From: Saprolegnia diclina VS20
Taxonomy: Eukaryota
DNA length: 20,000 nt
Assembly: GCF_000281045.1 (NCBI RefSeq)
Contig: NW_008246144.1
Location: forward strand, 134,449-154,448
Direction: 5' to 3'
Shown: positions 19,935-20,000 of the stretch, in pieces
Layout of the letters: every line of letters begins with the position of its first letter
Position numbering within the stretch: the first letter of the stretch is position 1
Made by a program: the position numbers and the translations under genes
The notes under the pieces: model-generated
The model's database searches: none
Seen by the model: the letters and a program-made list of their open reading frames with translations, nothing else
What the model was told of the DNA's origin: nothing

Positions 19935-20000
19935 CTACAGCGACGAGCTCGCGCTGCTTGTCGTCGCGGTGCTTGTCATCTCGCGCAGCTCGGGGTCGAG
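19935..20000 (-). CDS. 3' end of an inverted paralog of the 18995..19832 gene (continues beyond the window)
   Basis: The minus strand reads LDPELREMTSTATTSSASSSL*, versus LYPELRETTNTHPTSSASSPQ* at 19767-19832: 55/66 nt identical, no gaps, stop codons aligned. Confidence 0.8.
   Translation of the reverse strand, partial: LDPELREMTSTATTSSASSSL

Noticed and set aside
1..20000. Many long antisense/overlapping ORFs; CRISPR arrays, rRNA or tRNA genes
   Set aside because: Shadow ORFs are expected from GC3-rich codons. No repeat-spacer array, rRNA-like sequence or complete cloverleaf was seen.

Overview
Eukaryotic, GC-rich, gene-dense DNA. The tiny GT..TAG introns (43-54 nt), the gene families and the Inr-type promoter motifs point to an oomycete, probably Saprolegniales (inference). 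In order, the window holds: the 3' part of a multi-pass membrane protein; two divergently oriented paralogous OFA-like MFS transporters flanking an 11-exon ankyrin-repeat gene with all introns in phase 0; a ~500-nt near-perfect fold-back (200-bp stem, ~95% arm identity); proteasome lid subunit RPN7; three decayed remnants (TKL-type kinase, a PARP/ADP-ribosyltransferase-like fragment, a Gypsy integrase/chromodomain-like fragment); BLOC1S6/pallidin with a 7-CCAAT promoter; a Pho84/PHT1-like phosphate transporter lacking canonical acidic proton-relay residues; an atypical K50 homeobox gene; and the 3' end of its inverted tail-to-tail paralog at the window edge. The best candidate for a new system is the fold-back. 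It looks like an inverted duplication of a PARP-like gene fragment, and a homologous fragment lies 3 kb downstream, so it may be a hairpin-RNA/proto-miRNA locus aimed at that gene family. All alignments and gene models were done by eye; no searches were run.
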